NCBI GenBank assembly: GCA_043228905.1
Contig: JBHGNT010000020.1
Location: 4,526,001 to 4,590,000, forward strand
DNA: 64,000 nt
Reading direction: 5' to 3'
Origin: Azolla caroliniana
Lineage: Eukaryota > Plantae > Polypodiophyta
Shown here: piece by piece, positions 55,897 to 64,000 of the stretch
Numbering within the stretch: the stretch's first letter is position 1
Layout: the number at the start of each line of letters is the position of its first letter
Notes under the pieces: model-generated
What the model was told of the DNA's origin: nothing
Database searches by the model: none
The model's input: only the letters and a program-made list of their open reading frames with translations
Position numbers and translations under genes: made by a program

Positions 55897-58800
55897 CTAA
55901 GCATTGGCAACATGCTCGACGGGTTCGCTCGGACTATAACCAAGCCAATCGACTAAATAATAAAGTTTGTTGCGAATAAGTTTGGAATCGAGGATGGCAG
56001 CAACTTCATACTCCGGGCCGGTGTCCAACTCCAGCAGGGGCGGCAGTGGTGTAACACGATCGGGAATGGTGTTTGCTTTATAAGGTTCAAGAAGAGAACA
56101 ATGGAAAACCGGATGTATCTGAAGCTGCGGAGGGAGATCAAGGCGGAATGTGACATCATTAACCTTACCCGTAATACGGAAAGGACCGAGTCGTCGATAA
56201 TCCAACTTGTCGCACGGTCGAGTAGTCTTGATGTGACGACGTAAGAGCCATACTCGATCTCCGATGGCAAAAGAGGAGGGAAGCCGATGACGATCCGCGT
56301 AAGTCTTTTGTGTCTGTTGAGCATGACAAAGATGAGTCGAGAGATCTGTCTGGATCTTGCGTAGTCTCTCCAAATGATCCCCGGCACGAGGATTGGTAGC
56401 TAGTTCGGGGGTGTCAATCACTGACCAACGAGGATGAGAACCGGTATAAGCATAGAATGGGGAGACTCGAGTCGAGGAGTGAATAGCATTATTATACGCA
56501 AACTCCGCAAAGTGGAGAATCTCGGCCCAATCGTCCTGCTCATAACTCAGGAAACACCAGAGATATTGCTCCAGCGTTTGGTTTGTTCGTTTCGCCTGCC
56601 CATCGGTCTGAGGATGGTAGCCGAAGGAGAGGTTGCAAGAGACCTTGAGCATCTTGAAGAGATGCTGCCAAAATTTGGAGACAAATTGCGGTCCTCGGTC
56701 ACTGATGATACTGTCTGGGAGGCCATGATGCCGAAATACCTCATGCATGACTAGGGCGGCAGTTTCCTCGTTAGTGATGGCCTTAGTACACGGAACGAAA
56801 TGTGCCATCTTCGTATATCGATCGACGACGGTTAAGATAGCATCAAACCCCTGCGAGACCGGCAGATCTATGATAAAATCTAGACAAATAGACTGCCACG
56901 GCTTACTTGGAATCGGTAAGGGTTCCAACAAGCCATATGGATGGTGTTGTGGCATCTTTGCTCGACAGCAAGTATCACAGGTCCGAACGTAGTCGTCGAC
57001 AAAATGGCGCATGTGGGGCCACCAAAAAGATCGTTGCATTAGCTCCAACGTCTTAGTACTACCGAAATGTCCCGTCGTATGGGTGTCGTGACAATGTTGG
57101 ACGATTTGAAGGCGACAGGAGCAATCGGGGACATATACGCGCTTTTTAAAGAATAACAAACCATCATGATATTCGAATTGTCAATAGTCAATACCTGGTT
57201 GTTGAGACTGAGAACAGGATGCACGAGAAGTATCAATGTGCGCCAGGATGTCTTGAGCAAAACTATCCGTCTTCAAGTTTGCACGTATGTCATCGGTAAT
57301 CCGTGAATCCATCGGGGTGTGAAAAATCCGCGTCGTGTGCAATCGTGTTGGTCCCAAGATTACTTGCTTTTGATTATCAAATGTTGGATCACTAGGACGA
57401 GGTGCAAGATATGAACGCCGTGATAGTGCATCTGCTTTTCCTTGCTGCTTCCCCGGTCGATATGTGATTTTGAAGTCGAAACGCGTGAGGAATTACGCCC
57501 ACCGAGCTTGCCGTCGATTTAGTACGCAAGCGTTCTGGAAATAAGCAAGATTTTTATGATCACTAAAGACAATGACTTGATGTGGAGAGCCCTCTAAGAA
57601 ATGCCGCCATTGCACAAATGAATCCACGATGGCTAATAACTCCTTGTCATGTATTTCGTAGTTGATTTCCACGACATCGAATTTGCGCGAGTGGAAAGCC
57701 ACCGGATGCAACTCTTCTTTATCTCCTTGTTGATAAAGGATGCTACCGAGGGCGAAATCTGAAGTGTCGGCCTCCATGATGAATGGTTTGTTGGTATCCA
57801 CAAGAGCTAGAATCGGTGCTGATGTAAAGGCTTTCTTAAGATGTCGAAAAGCCATATCTACTTCAATGGACCAAAGAAATGCTTGGCCCTTCTTCGTAAG
57901 TTGTGTGAGGGGTAAAATAATCTTCGAGTAATCCTGTATAAACTTACGGTAGAAGTTAGCAAAACCTAGAAAACATTGTACATCTCGTACCGACCGTGGA
58001 ATTTGCCATTCTAGTACAGTTTGGACTTTAGCTGGATCCATGGCGATGCCATTTGAGGAGATGACGTAGCCTAGAAATTCCACTTGCTTGCAGTCAAAGC
58101 TACATTTTTCTAGCTTGGCATAAAGACCATTCTCACGGAGTCGCTTTAGTACTAATAGTACATGAGAATCGTGCTCTTGCTGGGTCTTTGAATAAATCAA
58201 TAGATCATCCAGATAGATGATCAAACAGATATCCAAGAGGTCTCTGAATATATCATTCTCCATGTGTTGGAAGACTGCGGGTGCATTGGTTAGGCCGAAC
58301 GGCATAACAGTATACTCGAAATGCCCATACCGCGTGCGAAAGGCGGTCTTCCATTCATCTCCCAGTCGGATCCGCACGAGGTTATACGCTCCTCGTAGAT
58401 CAATTTTGGTAAAAAACTTGGCACCATTAACTCGATCTAAAAGACTTGATATAAGAGGAAGTGCATACCTATTACGGATGGTGACCTTATTCAATCCGCG
58501 GTAATCAACGACGAGACGAAGTGAGCCATCTTTTTTCTTGACAAAGAAGATGGGTGCACCGGCCGGAGATTTCGAATGACGGATGAACCCGCTTGCCAAG
58601 TTCTCCTCTATGTAGGCTCAAAGGACTTCTAACTCGGTGGGTGACAAGTTGTAAATTGGTCCCCATGGTGGCTTGGTTCCTGGTTGTAAATCAATGGGAC
58701 AGTCATAGGGACGGTGATGAGGAAGGGTACCGGCTTTTACCTTGTCAAATACATCGGCATAAGGATGATATTTTGCCGGAAGTTGTACTGAGGAGTCCTT

Positions 58801-59380
58801 CTTAATAGTGCTGGAAGGATGTACTGATATTGCAAATAGGAACATTGCCTCCTTGTGTCCTTCTTCGCGTAATTGATGGAGTGAAATGGTCGAAACTCGG
58901 TGAGTAGATTCTTGGGGTGGTCGATATATGACTTCTCTTGTTCTCCAATCTATGGCTGGATTATGTAATTCAAACCAAGGTAATCCTAGGACAATGGGAT
59001 GCTCTAGACTACTAATTATATTAAATGATATTACACACCAAACTACCTAGGACAACTTGAATGGGTTCTGATTCTTCTACAATATTCCCGAAAGCAATGG
59101 GACGACCATCAATGACTACTACAGATGCGAGACAAGGAAGTTTTCTTAGGGATATCTGAGAAGCTTGGGCAAAATTTCGATCCATGAAACAGGAATTAGC
59201 TCCAGAATCTAAGAGTGCTAGGACGGGTACTGGGGGAGTACTTTTAGTACTAACAATGACTTGGGCTAGGAACACATTGCTAACTTGCTTGGAAGGAATG
59301 GAACCACTAATGGGCTATACAGATCTAGGGCTGTTGTCCAACCAAATGGCTCCTATTTTGGTTGAACTCAATCGTTTAAC
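55897..59380 (-). pseudogene. pol: B3 pol (protease, RT, RNase H, integrase, damaged chromodomain)
   Basis: LLDSGA, YLDD, integrase core, GPF and EYEVAAILDSK...VDWLGY motifs. A few stops. Confidence 0.94.
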
Positions 59381-60524
59381 TCTTCATCTAATTGACTAAG
59401 GATTTCAAATTTGTTTGAGATACTTGGGCTATTAGTACTATGAATACTATCTGACACTCTATTAGTACTATTAATTCTATCAGACACTCCGAAGGGAAGA
59501 ATTGACTCGGGTTTAGTATAGGCGACGATTTGATTTACCTGTCTTCTAGGCCTATGGGGACAATTGATGGCGAAATGTCCCGGTCCACCGCAATAAAGAC
59601 ATAATCGACTGGCACGTCGTCGTTGCTTTTCTTCTTCCGATAACAGGCCGCGTCGACGCATGGTATCGATCTCCATCGGGGTCGGAATATTGGCTTGAGG
59701 TACATCGCGTGCAAACGGTCTAGCTGTGACTGAGGCGTATGTGGGTTCCGGCCGAGAGCGTGGTATTTGTAATTGACGTTCCGAATGCCGTTCGAAAAGG
59801 CGGTTGTCGCTCGGACCGCTCGACTGATTGCCTCCGTAAGAGACTTTGGTTCTTCGGGGAAGGTTAAAAGCAAATCTTTGACATCATTGCGCAAGCCGTA
59901 GCGAAACTGCTCCATGAGGGCCTGATCATCCCAGGGGATATCTGAGGCGAGTAGACGGAAATCCACAGCGTAGGCAGAGGCTGGACGATCGCCTTGACGC
60001 AATCTTCGGATCTTGTCGATCGCCGTCCTGATGCTGTCGGTATCTCCAAAGCAGGCTTTAAACTCACCAATAAAATCTTCAAAGTTATTAAGCAAGGGTG
60101 ATTGTTTTTCTAGAAGCGGAGCGAACCATGCCAAGGCTGAGCCGCTAAGTAACGTGCCTATTAGGCCGACTCGAGATGCATCATTGGGATATCGGGAAGG
60201 ATGCATCTGGATGACTAAGCGTACCTGATTAAGGAATCCCCGGAATTGCGATCGCGTTCCATCAAATTTCACAGGAAGTCCAATCTTGGGCTCTTTATGA
60301 AATCCTTGGGGACTTGATCCTTGTTGTTGCAACGCTGCTTCAAGTTGTTGTACCCGTAACGCTAACTCCCCATGTTGTTGTTGTGTTTGTTGTTTTTCGA
60401 GAGTGATTTGTTGCAGATCCCCTATCAACCGTTGGTTTTCTTGTTCCAGGCCAACAAACTTTTCTTTTAGGCACTGTAACTCGGAGAAAACGGATTGATA
60501 TTCTTGGGCGCTAACAGTAGCCAT
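59368..60524 (-). pseudogene. gag: B3 gag (one frameshift)
   Basis: ORFs 59535-60524 and 59368-59676, with a CLYCGGPGHFAINC knuckle. Confidence 0.9.
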
Positions 60525-60999
60525 AGTAGAGGGAAAAGGGTAGGAGGATGAGGGAGAACGACAAGTAGGCTGGAGGAAAGAACAAATTGGTTCAAACTGT
60601 CAGGAATAGTACTAAAGCAAAGATGGAATTAGTACTAAGAAGAGTAGTACTATTAGTACTAAGAGGAGAGAGAGAGATAGCGAAGATGAGAGAGAGAGAA
60701 AGATGATGACAGCAGCTAATATATTATGTGAAAAAGATAAGTACAAGCGGCTAAGAGGCTTAAGACTGGTGTTGAACCAATTTGGTTCAACATAATGCCT
60801 AGTGCCTTCTTTTATAGTGTTGTCAGGAGTAATCCTGAAACTTCTAGAATGTTCCAGAGAAATCTGGAATATACATTACTTTCTTATAATAAAACATAAT
60901 GAAAATAATATTCTATGAATTACAATAGATGGTGTGATGGTTAAGAGCTTGACCCATATACCATAAGGTCATGGGTTCGAGTCTTGCCATATCATGACA

Positions 61000-62107
61000 G
61001 ACATGGGCCACGTTCAAGAAGCTGAAGGAAAAGTACTACTGGTCGGGACTATACCGAGGCGTGCATCAGTTCGTGACGACTTGTGAAAGCTACCAGATGC
61101 ACTCCATAATCCAACATCGGGACGAGCTGCACCCGACTTACCCGCCGACTGTCCACTTCAAGTGGATGGTGGATCTAGTGACGATGTCGATGGGAGTAGG
61201 GCAGATGCGGTACCTGGTGCTAGCACGAGAGGACCTAACGAAACAGGTGGAGGGCCGCGCATTATAGAACAAGACGACCGCGGCCATGTGCCAATTCCTG
61301 ATCGAAGAGGTGGTATGCTGATACAGGTGCGTAGGGAAGACCATAGCTGACCAGGGAGAACTGGACGCGCACGAGGCCGAAGAGTTGTTTCAGTGGTTGG
61401 GGGTTAAACTCTCACTCACCACGGTGTACAATTCGGAGGTGAACGGGAAGGTGGAGCACGGGCACGGGCCAATCGTAAAAGCGATAGTACGGGCATGTGG
61501 AGGCCAACTCGAAAATTGGCCGCTACTCCTGCCTTATGCGTTGTGGGCGGACCGAACTACGCACAATTCGGTAACCGGGTTCATGCCGGCAGAGCTGATG
61601 TATGGGCAAAAGCCGATCATGCCAATGGAGCGAAAGATCTCCAAATGGGCCGCGGTGGTCTGGCGAGACGAGATGAGCCGGGAGGAGCTGTTACCGATAC
61701 GAATCCGACAGCTCGAGCGAAGACCGGAGGACGTGGAACAAGCAACGACGAAGTTGCGTACGGCGAGGGCAAGGAACAAGGGACGATTCGACCGAACTCA
61801 CCGGCTGCAACCGAAGAAAATCGAGAAAGGTGACTGGGTTCTCGTCTACGACAGCAGCCTCGACAACCAGCATAAGGCGATGCGGAAATTTGCGAGGAGG
61901 TGGTTCGGGCCTTACGCGGTGACAAGCGCAAATGACAATGGCACCTACCATCTCGCGGAGCTCGACAGAACAAGGGTAGCCGTGCCGGTGGCCAGGAAAA
62001 GGATCAAGGCGTTCTTGAAGCAGCATGAGGAAGAACCGGACCTAGAGAGCATGGATGACAGTGACAACCGGATCAGGGAGGACAACGATTCGGGGAACGA
62101 AAGATGA
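61000..62107 (+). pseudogene. pol: Element C integrase
   Basis: Motifs WMVDLV, NGKVEHGH and RRWFGPY. Continues HRGT|W across the GACAT TSD. Confidence 0.9.
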
Positions 62108-62840
62108 GAACGGGCCGGTTTTCTCCTACAAAGTTCTAGTTGGCGTATACTAGTGGATGCGCGGTTTGGTGGGGGCGGATGTCGAGAAGAAAACTATCCC
62201 GAGGCGGAATCCGGGAATAGTGTGCATAAACCGGCCCTTACACACGGGTACAAAGTTTGAAGTATTGTACATAGTTAGGTACAAACCGGCCGATGCGAAT
62301 ATCCTAGGTAGCACGTATTCATTAGGTAGGAAATCGAGGAGTATCTCTATCTGAAAGGACAGAGAATAATGGTGGTGTGACTGGTTCTAATGTCTTTCCC
62401 TCCTTGGGCTATAAAAGAGAGGAAAAGGGGCAAAGTCGGGATCGCGTTCTGTCGGGAACAAAGTGTTGTCGGACCAGGACCGAGCCCTTCTCCTTTGTCT
62501 TCCTTTGTTGTTGCTCTCTGTAGGTTTTCGGGAGCCTGCCTCTGCTTCGTGGAAAGCCCAAGTGCTTCCGGCAGAGTCTCCATCTCGTGTTTCTGTGTGT
62601 GCGTGTGAGTGTTAGAGCGTTGTCGCTCACTAGCATGCCGGTTGTAACCCTAATCATATATATATAATATTCTTCTTGTTTTTTTCTGTTGTGGAAATAG
62701 TTGCGAGCTCTGTGTATTTGAGTGTGTGTGTGGCTCGGCCATTGTCCCTGCGTCGCTCCTCCCTCTGTTCGGTTATTCCTCGGTTCAAGGCCCCCGCGGT
62801 CCCGCCTTAGTCTCTCCCGCGCAAGCGAAACAACACGACA

Positions 62841-64000
62841 TTGTATGATTGCTCCATCGATTTATAACCGGGAAAAGAGCCATCATGGGGACCGATCTAC
62901 AATTTGTCACCAACCGAGCAAGAAGTCCTTCAAGCCTATATAGAGGAGAATTGGAAAACGGTTTCATTCGACATTCGAAATATCTAGTCAGTGCACTCAT
63001 TTTCTTCGTCAAGAAAAATGATGGATCACTTCATCTCGTCGTAGACTACCGCGGCTTGAATAAGGTCACCATCAGGAATAGGTATGCACTTCCCCTTATC
63101 TCAAGTCTTTTAGAATGGATCAATGGTGCAAGGTTCTTCACAAAGATCGACTTACGAGGATCATATAACCTCGCACGGATCCGCGTTCCGCACCAGATAT
63201 GGGCACTTCGAGTATACAGTCATGCCATTCGGTCTCACTAATGCACCAACAGTCTTCCAGCACATGGCAAATGATATATTCCGAGGTCTGTTGGATGTTT
63301 GTTTGATCATCTATTTGGATGATCTGCTGGTTTATTCAAAGACCCAAGAAGAGCATGATTCTCATGTACTGTTAGTACTAAAACGGCTTCGAGAACATGG
63401 TCTTTATGCAAAACTAGAAAAATGTAGCTTCGAGTGCAACCAGGTGGAATTTCTGAGCTATGTCATCTCCTCCAAAGGCATCTCTATGGATCTAGCTAAG
63501 GTCAAAACTGTGGTAGAGTGGCAGACTCCACGCTTGTTGCGAGATGTGCAATGCTTTTTAGGCTTTGTGAATTTCTACCACAAGTTTATACAGGATTACT
63601 CAAAGCTTATTCTACCTCTCACACAACTTACCAAGAAGGGCGAGTCATTTGTTTGGTCTAAAGAAGCAGACATGGATTTTGAGAGTCTTAAGAAGGTATT
63701 TACATCCGCTCCTATTCAAGCTCATGTTAATCCGGCAAAACCATTCATCATTGAAGCAGACGCATCAGATTTCGCCTTGGGTAGCATCCTGTCACAACAA
63801 GGTGATGATGAAAAGCTACATCCTGTGACTTTCTACTCACGCAAGTTTAATGCCGCCGAAATCAACTATAAAATTCACAATAAAGAGCTATTAGCAATAG
63901 TGGACTCTTTTACGCAATGGAGGCATTTTCTAGAGGGATGTTCTCATAAAGTCACTGTATTCAGTGATCATAAAAATCTTACCTACTTCCAAAATGCTTG
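62841..64000 (+). pseudogene. pol: B1 RT and RNase H remnant (continues beyond the window)
   Basis: LVVDYRGLNKVTIRNRYALP, YLDD and EADASD motifs. Resumes HRP|YDC across element C. Confidence 0.92.

Larger units (their letters stand above)
55399..60999 (-). mobile_element. Chromovirus B3 (Tcn1/Tf1-like), full length 5.6 kb, mildly degraded
   Basis: LTRs 60598-60999 and 55399-55801, TSD GACAT, PPT AAGGGGGAGATAG, non-tRNA PBS TTGAACCAATTT. Confidence 0.96.
50448..62840 (+). mobile_element. Gypsy element C (distinct lineage), degraded, interrupted by B3
   Basis: LTRs 50448-51081 and 62180-62840 (TGTCG...CGACA), PBS TGGTGAACCTAACGTGAA 51087-51104 (tRNA-Trp-like), PPT-like GGGGGCGGA, probable 4-bp TSD CCGT/TTGT. 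Confidence 0.9.
4570..64000 (+). mobile_element. Chromovirus-type (Tcn1/Tf1-like) gypsy B1, host of all downstream insertions; continues past the window end
   Basis: Fragments 4570-4756, 17376-18300, 34403-35544, 50425-50447 and 62841-64000 rejoin across TSDs into LTR-gag-protease-RT-RNaseH, colinear with B3. Confidence 0.88.

Overview
This window is a deeply nested cluster of eukaryotic transposable elements; I found no ordinary host gene. The element mix suggests a non-seed land plant such as a bryophyte (inference only). Target-site duplications (TSDs) resolve the nesting. A decayed Ty1/copia region (about 1.4-4.57 kb) was hit by a Tcn1/Tf1-like chromovirus, B1 (4570 to beyond 64000). B1 carries four insertions: (1) a Sola2-like DNA transposon D1 (4757-17375, TSD CTAT) that holds gypsy A1 (7578-15299); (2) chromovirus B2 (18301-34402) that holds gypsy A2 (23986-34241, minus strand); (3) an unclassified TIR element D2 with a 4-bp TSD (35545-50424) that holds the intact gypsy A3 (39357-49531); (4) a tRNA-Trp-primed gypsy C (50448-62840) that holds chromovirus B3 (55399-60999, minus strand). 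The most notable observation is that all three full family-A copies lack a polypurine tract. In its place, 2 nt before the 3' LTR, they carry a CCA-terminated tRNA-Arg-like 3' end, which is a second, inverted primer-binding site and suggests tRNA priming of both cDNA strands. Family A also has a separately promoted ~950-aa ORF2. Other highlights are antisense tRNA-type Pol III A/B-box modules in all chromovirus LTRs, Tf1-type self-priming, and a two-gene Sola2-like element with three tandem-repeat arrays.
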